Of a stretch of DNA of 64,000 nt, positions 1 to 8,822 are shown in pieces; positions within the stretch are counted from its first letter, which is position 1; each line of letters opens with the position of its first letter. Position numbers and translations under genes: made by a program. Below the pieces are notes generated by a model. The model did not search any database. It worked only from the letters and a program-made list of their open reading frames with translations, and had not been told where the DNA came from. The stretch is from positions 120,867 through 184,866 of the forward strand of contig JBFWRP010000008.1 in assembly GCA_050248855.1 (NCBI GenBank), written 5' to 3'. The DNA comes from Planctomycetota bacterium. Lineage in GTDB: Bacteria; Planctomycetota; PLA2; JAEUHO01.

Positions 1-5
1 TCATC

Positions 6-521
6 GTGGCCGTCTTCGTGGCCGGCATGATGGTCGGACGTACGCCCGAGTACCTGAACCGGCGCGTCGAGGCGCGGGAGATGAAGCTTGCGGTGCTCTG
101 CCTTCTTGCGCACGCGTTCTTCATCTTGGTCGGGACGGCGGTCTTCGCCGTGACGCCATGGGGGCGGGAGACGCTCAACAACGGCGGGCCGCACGGGTTC
201 AGCGAGATCCTCTACGAGTTCAGCTCGGCGAGTGCGAACAACGGATCGGGCTTCGAGGGCCTCGGTGACAACACCGTGCCCTGGAACCTGGCCACGGGGC
301 TGGTGATGTTGCTCGGCCGTTTCATCCCCATCGTCCTGCCGCTCGCGATTGCAGGCGCGTTGGCCGCCAAGCGCCGGACGGCAGAGTCGGCCGGGACGCT
401 CGGCGTGGCGGGGCCGACCTTCGGTCTGATGCTCTGCGGCACGATCCTGCTCGTGGGGGCGCTGACCTTCTTCCCGGCGGCCCTCCTGGGGCCGGTCGTG
501 GAGCATCTTCTCTACCTGTAG
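6..521 (+). CDS. kdpA: K+-transporting ATPase subunit A, C-terminal part (truncated at window edge)
   Basis: Motifs MVGRTPEYL, GPHGFSEILYEFSSASANNGSGFEGL and GALTFFPAALLGPVVEH. Confidence 0.95.
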   Translation: MAVFVAGMMVGRTPEYLNRRVEAREMKLAVLCLLAHAFFILVGTAVFAVTPWGRETLNNGGPHGFSEILYEFSSASANNGSGFEGLGDNTVPWNLATGLVMLLGRFIPIVLPLAIAGALAAKRRTAESAGTLGVAGPTFGLMLCGTILLVGALTFFPAALLGPVVEHLLYL

Positions 522-544
522 ACTCCGGACGTGGAGCAAACACG

Positions 545-1120
545 ATGCAGACGCCCATGCAACTCCTGGTCACGAGCCTGCGGGCGACGGTGGCGACGGT
601 GCTCCTCTGCGTCGTGGGGTACACGGTCGTTGCCCTCGGCGTTGCGCAGCTCCTCGTGAACGATGCCGCCGAGGGCTCGCTGATCACGCGCCCGGACGGC
701 ACGGTGGTCGGCAGCCGCCTCATCGGCCAGTCCTTCGCGGAGCCGCGCTACTTCTGGCCGCGGCCGTCGGCGGTCGGCTACGACGCCTCGGCCGCCGGCG
801 GGAGCAACAAGTCGCCCACCAGCCCGGACCTGGCCGAGCGTGCGCGCTTGCTGGTGGAGCGCTACGCAGCGACGGCGAAGCGCCCGCTGCCCGCCGAGCT
901 CGTGGCGGCCTCGGGCGGCGGGCTCGATCCCCACGTGACCGAACATGCCGCCCTCTACCAGGTAGATCGCGTGGCAGCCGCCCGGCGCGGCCTCGACCGC
1001 GCGCGGATCGAGGCGCTCGTCCGCGAGCACGCCGTCGCCCCGGGTGGACCGCTGACGCCCGGCCGCGTGGTCAACGTCCTGGAGCTCAACCTGGCCCTCG
1101 ACGCTGAGGAGGCCCGGTAG
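545..1120 (+). CDS. kdpC: K+-transporting ATPase subunit C
   Basis: N-terminal TM helix, GSRLIGQSF..PRYFWPRPSA, ASGGGLDPH, VNVLELNLALD. Confidence 0.95.
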   Translation: MQTPMQLLVTSLRATVATVLLCVVGYTVVALGVAQLLVNDAAEGSLITRPDGTVVGSRLIGQSFAEPRYFWPRPSAVGYDASAAGGSNKSPTSPDLAERARLLVERYAATAKRPLPAELVAASGGGLDPHVTEHAALYQVDRVAAARRGLDRARIEALVREHAVAPGGPLTPGRVVNVLELNLALDAEEAR

Positions 1121-1129
1121 GGAGGCCGC

Positions 1130-3874
1130 ATGGCCGAGCCCGATCGCGTGCGACCTTCCCCGGAGGACCTCCTCGAGCGGGCGGCGGAGGAAGAGCCCCC
1201 CGCCGGACGGGCGCGGCTCAAGGTGTTCTTCGGCGCCGCGCCCGGTGTCGGGAAGACCTACGCCATGCTCCAGGAGGCGCAGGTCCGCCGCCAGCGGGGC
1301 GAGGACGTGGTGGTCGGCTGGCTCGAGACCCACGGTCGCAAGGAGACCGAAGCGCTCGCGCGGGGGCTCGAGATCGTTCCGCCTCGCCAGGTCGAGCACC
1401 GCGGTCTGGCACTCGAGGAAATGGACCTGGAGCAGGTCATCGCGCGCGCGCCGGCCCTGGTGCTGGTGGACGAGCTGGCCCACACGAACGCCCCGGGAAG
1501 CCGGCACGCGCGTCGCTGGCAGGATGTCGAGGAGCTCCTCGGCGCGGGAATCGACGTCTTCACGACGGTCAACGTGCAGCACGTGGAGAGCCTGCGCGAC
1601 GTCGTGGCGCAGATCACGGGCGTCACGGTGCGGGAGACCATCCCAGACCAGATCCTCGAGCGGGCCGACGAGATCGAGCTCGTGGACCTGCCGCCCGAGG
1701 AGCTGCTCCGACGGCTCGAGGAGGGGAAGGTCTACGTTCCCGAGCAGGCCCGGCTCGCGATGGATCGCTTTTTCCAGAAGGGCCACCTGATCGCCCTGCG
1801 CGAGCTCTCGCTCCGCCGTACGGCCGAGCGCGTGGACGAGCAGGCCGACGCATGGAAGCGTCAGCACGGTGTCGCACGTCCGTGGGGGACCAGGGACCGC
1901 ATCCTCGTGAGCGTGAGTGCTGCGCCCTCTTCCGAGGATCTGGTGCGCGTGGCCGGACGGATGGCCGCGCGCCTCAAGGCGCCCTGGATCGCGCTCTCCG
2001 TCGAGACGCGTGCCTTCCCGCACCTCCCCGAAGAAGATCGTGCGAGGCTCGGCGCGCACCTGCTGCTCGCCAAGCGGCTGGGCGCCGAGGTCCTGGTCGT
2101 ACGGGGCGAGCGCGTCGCGGAGGAGATCCTCGCGGTTGCGCGCTCGCGCGACGTGACCCGGATCGTGCTCGGCAAGCCCGCTCCCCGGGGGCTCCTCGCA
2201 CGCCTCCGCCCCAGCCTCGTCGACACCGTGCTCCGGGGCTCGGGCTCGATGGACGTCCACGTCACGAGCGCGGTCCCACCGCCCCCGCCGCGCAAGGCCA
2301 AGCGGCGCAAGCTGAGCGAGGCCGGGTGGGCGGGCCTCTCGTGGGCGTTGCTCGCGGTAGGCATCGCCACGGGAGTCGGCTGGTTGGCGCGCGCGTGGTT
2401 CGGCTTCCAGCTCGCGGACCTGGCCATGGTGTACGTGCTCGCCGTACTGGCCGCGTCCGCGAAGCTGTCCAGGCGCGATTCCCTCGCCACGGCGGTCCTG
2501 AGCGTCGCTACGCTCGACTTCTTCTTCACGGAGCCCTACTTCACCTTCGCCGTCCACGACGTCCGCCAAGTGACGACGTTCGGCGTCCTGCTCGTCGTGG
2601 GCCTGGTCGTAAGCGCGTTCGCCACCCGCACGCGGGACCAGGCCCGGGAGGCCCGCGAGCGCGAGCGGAGGACGCTCGCGCTCTACGAGGTCAGCAGCGC
2701 GCTGTCCACGGAGCGCGATCCGGCTGGGATCGCGAGCGTCGTGGTCGCGCATCTCCGCCGCGGGCTGGGGACCGGCGCGATCATGTACAGGGCCGGTCCT
2801 CGGGGCGGACTCACGCTGGTCGCCGAGGGCAGCGACGGCGCCCTCGCCGGCCCGCGGGAGCGGGCCGTGGCGCAATGGGTGCTGACGTTCGGTGCGGCGG
2901 CAGGCCGGGACACGGACACCCTGCCGGCCGCCGAGGGGCTGTACCTCCCGCTCGTGACGCGCGGAGGTCGTCAGGGCGTCCTGGGCATCCGTCTCGTCGA
3001 GCGCGGCAAGGCCCTCGCTCCGTCCCAACGTCAGGGTCTCGAAGCGATCGCCGCACTCGCGGCTGGCGCCCTGGAGCGGGCCGCCCTCGCCGAGGAGGCG
3101 GAAGAGGCCGCCCTTGCGGTGGAGACGGAGCGCACGCGCAACGTCCTCTTGGCGGCCGTCTCCCACGACCTCCGGACGCCGCTGTCGAGCATCCTGGGCG
3201 CGGCGGACGCGCTGCTCGACCCGCAGACGACGCTGACCGAGGACGTGCGGAGCGGGCTCGTCCGCTCGATTCGCGACACGGCCGACTGGCTGGCCCGGTT
3301 CGTCACGGACTTGCTCTCGCTCGCCCGGATCGGGGCAGAGGGCTTCGTCCTCCAGCGCGACTGGTACCCCGTTGAAGAGCTCGTGGCGTCGGCCCTCGAT
3401 CGCGTGCGCCCCCTCCTGGGGGATCGACGCGTGGCCCAGGAGCTCCCCGAACACCCGCTCCTCGTCCACGTAGACGGGGTGCTCCTGGAGCAGGCGCTCG
3501 TGAACCTGCTCGAGAACGCAGCACGTCACACACCGCCTGGCACGCCGATCGACGTGCGGGCGCGCGCCTTGCCGGGGGAGTGCGTGATCGAGGTCCTCGA
3601 CCGCGGGCCGGGACTTCCCGAGGACGGCGCCGTGCGGCTCTTCGAGCGTTTCTACCGGCGCTCGGACGCGCGCGGCACGCAGGGTACGGGCCTTGGTCTG
3701 GCGATCTGCCGCGCAATCGCCGTGGCCCACGGGGGCAGCTGCGAAGCCGAGAATCGTGAGGCCGGGGGCGCGCGGTTCCGGCTGCGGATCCCGCGCGCCG
3801 CGGACACGGAACCCGAAGCGGGGAAGGCGCACGAGGGGGGGGCAGGACCGGCGGGCGCCCAGACCGGACCGTGA
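1130..3874 (+). CDS. kdpD: Sensor histidine kinase KdpD
   Basis: FGAAPGVGKTYAML, VDELAHTN, Usp region, 4 TM helices, H-box SHDLRTPL, N/G boxes; GGAGG RBS. Confidence 0.95.
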   Translation: MAEPDRVRPSPEDLLERAAEEEPPAGRARLKVFFGAAPGVGKTYAMLQEAQVRRQRGEDVVVGWLETHGRKETEALARGLEIVPPRQVEHRGLALEEMDLEQVIARAPALVLVDELAHTNAPGSRHARRWQDVEELLGAGIDVFTTVNVQHVESLRDVVAQITGVTVRETIPDQILERADEIELVDLPPEELLRRLEEGKVYVPEQARLAMDRFFQKGHLIALRELSLRRTAERVDEQADAWKRQHGVARPWGTRDRILVSVSAAPSSEDLVRVAGRMAARLKAPWIALSVETRAFPHLPEEDRARLGAHLLLAKRLGAEVLVVRGERVAEEILAVARSRDVTRIVLGKPAPRGLLARLRPSLVDTVLRGSGSMDVHVTSAVPPPPPRKAKRRKLSEAGWAGLSWALLAVGIATGVGWLARAWFGFQLADLAMVYVLAVLAASAKLSRRDSLATAVLSVATLDFFFTEPYFTFAVHDVRQVTTFGVLLVVGLVVSAFATRTRDQAREARERERRTLALYEVSSALSTERDPAGIASVVVAHLRRGLGTGAIMYRAGPRGGLTLVAEGSDGALAGPRERAVAQWVLTFGAAAGRDTDTLPAAEGLYLPLVTRGGRQGVLGIRLVERGKALAPSQRQGLEAIAALAAGALERAALAEEAEEAALAVETERTRNVLLAAVSHDLRTPLSSILGAADALLDPQTTLTEDVRSGLVRSIRDTADWLARFVTDLLSLARIGAEGFVLQRDWYPVEELVASALDRVRPLLGDRRVAQELPEHPLLVHVDGVLLEQALVNLLENAARHTPPGTPIDVRARALPGECVIEVLDRGPGLPEDGAVRLFERFYRRSDARGTQGTGLGLAICRAIAVAHGGSCEAENREAGGARFRLRIPRAADTEPEAGKAHEGGAGPAGAQTGP

Positions 3875-4569
3875 GCACACCCGGCCCCCGCATCCTGGTC
3901 GTGGAGGACGACGCGGCGCTGCGCGCCCTGCTGGCGACGACCCTCCCCGCACACGGGTACCGGGTCCTCGACGTGGCCACCGCCGCCGAGGCGCTCCGGG
4001 ACGCGTCCGAGTACCTCCCTGACCTGGTCCTGCTGGACCTGGGCCTGCCCGACATGGACGGCGTGGAGTGCATCCGCCGGATCCGTGCTTGGTCCCCGCT
4101 TCCCATCGTCGTGCTCACGGCACGGGGCCAAGAGGCCGCCAAGGTCGAGGCCCTCGATGCGGGCGCCGACGACTACGTGACGAAGCCTTTCGGCTTCCCC
4201 GAGCTGCTGGCGCGCATCCGCGTGGCGCTGCGCCATGCCGCGCGGCCTCCTGGCGGTGTGCCTGGCAGCGAGTTCCGCGTCGGCCCGCTCCACGTCGATC
4301 TGGAACGGCGGCAGGTGTTCGTGGACGGAGCGGAGATCGCGCTCACGCCGACGGAGTACAAGCTGCTCGTCGCGTTGGTCAAGAACGCCGGGCGCGTGAT
4401 GACGCACCGCCAGCTCTTGCGGGAAGTGTGGGGACCCCGCAGCCCGGAGGAGAACCGCTACCTCCGTGTGTACATGACCTACCTCCGCCGCAAGCTGGAG
4501 CCCGACCCGACGAGCCCGCGCCTCTTCGAGACGATCGCTGGCGTCGGCTACCGCCTTCGCGAGGAGTAG
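3871..4569 (+). CDS. kdpE: Response regulator KdpE
   Basis: Receiver domain (LVVEDD, DLGLPDMDG, KPF) plus OmpR winged helix; GTGA overlap with kdpD. Confidence 0.93.
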   Translation: MSTPGPRILVVEDDAALRALLATTLPAHGYRVLDVATAAEALRDASEYLPDLVLLDLGLPDMDGVECIRRIRAWSPLPIVVLTARGQEAAKVEALDAGADDYVTKPFGFPELLARIRVALRHAARPPGGVPGSEFRVGPLHVDLERRQVFVDGAEIALTPTEYKLLVALVKNAGRVMTHRQLLREVWGPRSPEENRYLRVYMTYLRRKLEPDPTSPRLFETIAGVGYRLREE

Positions 4570-4981
4570 GCGCTTGCGGCGGCCTCCTCTCGCCTGGGCG
4601 TGGAGGGCTAGAGCTCGACGAGCGACGCGCCCCTGGGCCCCACGGCGTGGCTCACGGTCTGGATCTGGCGCGCCCCTTGACGATGTGCGTGCGCCGGGGG
4701 GCGCCACCGCCGTTCTTGCCTCGTCGTGAACGCCGACGTGCATCCCGAGGCCCGATCCCGCACGGCTCCCTCACGCTGTGGCGCTCACGGGCTCGGTGGT
4801 CTGCCGATGCCCAGGTCGAGCAGGCCCAGGTGAAGAGGTGGGCGCCCGTCGATCTGTACCGTCCCGATCACATCGCGTCGGGCGGGAGGCGCGACGGCCT
4901 TGTGGCGCACGCGTCGGCTACCATGGGGGGCCAGACGCCGCAGGTGGAAGCCGGTGTCGATTCCCCGGCGGAGGCGCGGCC

Positions 4982-7900
4982 ATGCGGGCGGGTGTACGAA
5001 GGCCATGGCTTGCGGGGCGCACCCTTGCGTGCCTTGCCGTCCTCTTGCTGTTTGTCTCGCTGCTGCCGGGGAGCCCGAGCGCCACGGGGAGCGAGGGGAA
5101 GAAGTATCCCCTCCTGCTCGTGCGTCGGCTCGCCGTACAGGGCGACGGCCGCCCACGCTTCGCGGGCTGGGCCCTGAAGCGAGACGCCGAAGAGGAGCAG
5201 GTCCAGCAGGCCATCGCACGCGGGTGTGCTTGGCTCGTCGCGCACCAGCACGAGGACGGAAGCTTCCTGGGCGAGGCGAGCCCCGAGTATCGGACCGGTC
5301 TGTCCGCGCTCGCCCTGGTGGCGCTGCTGGACGCTGGGCATGGCCCCGATGACGCGACAACGGAAGGGGCCAGCCTGCGCAATGGCATCGCGCTCTTGCT
5401 GGCCTCCCAGGATGAAGACGGCTGTGTCGGACCTCGCGTGGGAGAGCGCGCCATTTACGGACACGCCTACGGTACCTATGCCTTGGTCCGGGCGTACGAG
5501 GTGGCACGGGGCGCCGCGCTGGAGCGGGCCGTGCAGGCCGCCCTCGACTTCACGGCGTTGGCTCGCAATCCGTACTTCGGGTGGCGCTACGGCATCAGGC
5601 CCGGCGACAACGACACGGACGTCAGCGGCTGCATGATGTTGGCCGTCGCCGAGGCCGAGGCCGTCAACGGGCAAGTCGCGTCAGGTGAGCCACCTGTGTT
5701 CCGTCTCGACGCAGGCGCCATGGAAGGTGTGCGTACGTGGCTCATGAAGGTGACGGACTCCAACACGGGGCGCGTCGGGTACTTGACCCGGGGCTCGGGT
5801 CCGGCTCGGTACGACGACAAGCAGATGGAGTGGTTCCAAGAGCACAAGTCCGAGTCGATGACGGCGGTGGGCTGCTGGTTCCGACTGCGCCATGGCGAGG
5901 ACCCCAGCGAGGCCGAAGTCGTGCAACGGGGCCTACAGCGGATTGCCAAGCTGCCGCCAGAGTGGAACACTCTCCGCGGTGGCCTCGACCAGTACTTCTG
6001 GATGTGGGGGGCGCGCGTTGCCCACGAGCTCGACCGCTGGGGCGGCAAGGCCGCTTCGAAGCTCGACGGCTGGCGCGCCCAGGCCGTAGCGGCTCTGCTG
6101 TCCGCGCAGGAGGGCGGCACGAACGCGTTCACGGACGCGGGATCCTGGCCTCCGGATGGCGCGTGGGGCCGCTGGGGCGGACGTGTCTACAGCACGGCGC
6201 TGGCCGTCTCGACCCTGAAGCTGTCGGCCTACCGCGGGGCCCTGCGTAGCGAGGGCGGCGCGAAGGAGCGCATCGGGCGGATGCGCGATCGCGACGCCGA
6301 CCTGGACGAACGTCTGGCTGCGATCGAGTCGGTGTCGGCCGGTGCACCCGATGAGGTCGTGCAGGCCCTCGCCGCCCTTGCACGCGACCCGGTTCCTCTC
6401 GTGCGGTTGACGGCCGTCGAGGCGCTCTCGCGCCTGGGCCCCGATGCCGCGTCGACGGCCGCTCGGCTTGCCAAGCAGCTTGGCGCGGAGAAGCGGGTCG
6501 AGATTCGTCACGCCTTGCTGTTCGCACTCCTGCGGATCGGCAAGAGCTCGAAGTCCATCGTCGATGCGTTGACGCGTGCGACTGCGGATCCGGATCCCGG
6601 TGTGCGCGCACTTGCCCAGCTCGTCCACGAGGCGATCGTGTCCGTGGAGCCTTCCGCCGAACTGAAGAGGCTGGCGCGATGGCGAAGCGCCGCCGAGCTC
6701 CTTGCGTTCCTCGAGGACGGCGGGCAGCTGGGCCTGGAGGGACTCCCCGCACGTGGGGCCGCGGTGCGCTGGCGCCTGCTGCGCGACATCGGACTGCCGC
6801 ATCACCTGGGGGCGCGCGCCGGGCAACGGTTGGCGATCCTGCCCACGTCGCCGTTGGAGCGGCTTCCCGTACTGGAGGCGGTGGAGAAGGCCCTTGCGGC
6901 CGCGCCCTTGGCGGGCATGCCGCGGCCGGAGGCCCGCGCGTTGTACGACGCGGCTGTCGCCGAGGTCGAGGCCTGCCCTGACGGACCCGGCGAGCGGACC
7001 CGGCTGGCCGCCGCGCTGGAGCTCCACCTCGCGCGCTTCCACGTCGGAGCAGCCGGGCCGATCACCGGCGAGATCGTCGCGCGGCTGCACCGCCACAGGG
7101 CAGCGCTTCGGGCACTCGCGCCAACGTTGCAGGAGCTCGAGCGCGATGCGTGTCGCGTGATCGAGCTACGTTGCGTGGCAGCGATCGAGGCCCTGGCCCC
7201 CGAGGATTCCGGTGCGGAGGTCGTCGAGGGGCTTGCGGCGGCACTCGACGAGCACGCGGCGATGGCCGGCGCCTTCTACGCCTACCCCGATCTGGTGCGG
7301 TGGGTCGAGCTGGCAGGCTCCTATCTGCTGGAGCGTCTGGGCCGTGCGACGCAGGACCCGGCCGCGATGGCTCGTGCACGGGACCTGGCGCTCGACGTCG
7401 TGGTGGGGCCCGTCGACACGCTGGATGGCCGGCGGGTGGCCCTCCACGGTGCAACGCAGGCGGCACGCCTTGCGCCCTTCATCGGAGTCTCGCGTGTCGC
7501 GAGCCCGCTGGGACGAGAGCTTCCCTTGACGGCAATGCAGCAGGCCACGAGCAGCGGCGGACTGCGTGTCGAGCTGCTGGACGTGGCGTTCCAGCAGGTG
7601 CCCCTGCTCGCCCCGGGCAACGTGTGCAAGCTGAGCGCACGCGAGCAGCTCGTCGTTCGCGTGCGGACGACCCCGATGCACACCGCTCTTGCGTGGAGTG
7701 AGCGAGACTGGCGTCTCGTGGTCCGCGTCCGCCGCGGCGCTGCGCCCGAGCAAGTCCATCTCATGCCGTATGCGCCGGAACCAACGCCACTGGCCGTGGA
7801 CGACGAAGCCCTGGGGGGGACCACCGAACCGACGGGCACGGTGCCCGAGGGGCAGTCGGTCGTCACGGTCCACGTGTTCGGCACGACGGAGTCCGAGCTC

Positions 7901-8245
7901 GGCGCGGGCGTGGAGGTCACGCTCCGCATCAGACGGGACGGCGGGGAGGAAGCCGAGCGGCTGGTGGCGACCAACCTGCCGGCCTCCGCGATCCTGCGCG
8001 AAGTCCCGTGGACGAGGCTCGTGGAGGCCACCAAGGATGATCTCCTCCAACGCCTGCCGGACATCGACGCGTCGCCGGAGGGCGTGGACGCCCTCTTGGT
8101 CGTGGCGGCGCTGGAGGCGCGAGGGGGCTTGGTGGACGTCGCACGGGCTACGGCAGCACGAGCCGAAGCGGCCGCCGAGGCCCTGGGCGACGCGGCGCGC
8201 ACCGAGCGCGCCCGGGCGCTTCTCGCCTCGATCGTAGCGAAGTAG
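4982..8245 (+). CDS. Exported prenyltransferase/squalene-oxidase-repeat (alpha/alpha barrel) + HEAT-repeat protein, paralog 1
   Basis: Signal-like N-terminus; WLVAHQHEDGSF, GWRYG, GSW..GGRVYSTA repeats; HEAT-like DPVPLVR and DPDPGVR; start chosen at ATG 4982. Confidence 0.75.
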   Translation: MRAGVRRPWLAGRTLACLAVLLLFVSLLPGSPSATGSEGKKYPLLLVRRLAVQGDGRPRFAGWALKRDAEEEQVQQAIARGCAWLVAHQHEDGSFLGEASPEYRTGLSALALVALLDAGHGPDDATTEGASLRNGIALLLASQDEDGCVGPRVGERAIYGHAYGTYALVRAYEVARGAALERAVQAALDFTALARNPYFGWRYGIRPGDNDTDVSGCMMLAVAEAEAVNGQVASGEPPVFRLDAGAMEGVRTWLMKVTDSNTGRVGYLTRGSGPARYDDKQMEWFQEHKSESMTAVGCWFRLRHGEDPSEAEVVQRGLQRIAKLPPEWNTLRGGLDQYFWMWGARVAHELDRWGGKAASKLDGWRAQAVAALLSAQEGGTNAFTDAGSWPPDGAWGRWGGRVYSTALAVSTLKLSAYRGALRSEGGAKERIGRMRDRDADLDERLAAIESVSAGAPDEVVQALAALARDPVPLVRLTAVEALSRLGPDAASTAARLAKQLGAEKRVEIRHALLFALLRIGKSSKSIVDALTRATADPDPGVRALAQLVHEAIVSVEPSAELKRLARWRSAAELLAFLEDGGQLGLEGLPARGAAVRWRLLRDIGLPHHLGARAGQRLAILPTSPLERLPVLEAVEKALAAAPLAGMPRPEARALYDAAVAEVEACPDGPGERTRLAAALELHLARFHVGAAGPITGEIVARLHRHRAALRALAPTLQELERDACRVIELRCVAAIEALAPEDSGAEVVEGLAAALDEHAAMAGAFYAYPDLVRWVELAGSYLLERLGRATQDPAAMARARDLALDVVVGPVDTLDGRRVALHGATQAARLAPFIGVSRVASPLGRELPLTAMQQATSSGGLRVELLDVAFQQVPLLAPGNVCKLSAREQLVVRVRTTPMHTALAWSERDWRLVVRVRRGAAPEQVHLMPYAPEPTPLAVDDEALGGTTEPTGTVPEGQSVVTVHVFGTTESELGAGVEVTLRIRRDGGEEAERLVATNLPASAILREVPWTRLVEATKDDLLQRLPDIDASPEGVDALLVVAALEARGGLVDVARATAARAEAAAEALGDAARTERARALLASIVAK

Positions 8246-8472
8246 GTGGGCGCGGCGGTCGATGCCGACGCCAGCCAGCGTCCGGAGGCGTCGCAAGGCT
8301 TCGACAAGCTCGGTCCTGGGTGGTCCTGAGATGAGGGCTCTCCCGAGCATGCCTGCAAGGTAAGGGGCTTGGACGCCGGGCCCGGACAGCCGACGGCTCG
8401 AGTCCCATGCGAAGTCACCGCACACGGCATGTCTCTGGGGCCGCACTCGGCAGCTCTCGACCCGTCAGCGGC

Positions 8473-8538
8473 CTGGAGTACCGAGTGCGGGCAATTCCCA
8501 TGAACTGGAGTACCGAGTGCGGGCAATTCCCATGAACT
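8473..8538. repeat. Perfect 32-bp tandem duplication (CTGGAGTACCGAGTGCGGGCAATTCCCATGAA x2)
   Basis: Read directly; intergenic between paralogs 1 and 2. Confidence 0.9.
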
Positions 8539-8822
8539 AGCGTGGCCCTCGCGCGGTCCCCCGCGAGGGAGGTCCGGCCGCCAGGGGGATCCCACGGGTG
8601 TGCCCCTCCGCGCGCCTCCATCGGACATGTGGCGCCGCGCGACGGAGGACGCCCGGATGGGGTAGCGTGGAAGATCTGGCGCCGCATGCGAAGGTCGGTG
8701 GCAGGGACGTAGGAGGCGGTGCGATGCGGTGGCGGGCTCAGACTCCACGGCGTGGCCCCTTGCGCGCGCCGCAGGTCGGTAGTGCGGTCTGCCGGCTGCG
8801 GAGACCCCTGCCCAGAGGTGTG

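Noticed and set aside
512..3952. Long antisense or alternate-frame ORFs (this one and e.g. 39245-42358, 43595-46300, 56109-59384)
   Set aside because: Shadow ORFs of high-GC genes, Arg/Pro/Gly-rich and without motifs
8473..8538. CRISPR array
   Set aside because: Only two units, no spacer, and no cas genes
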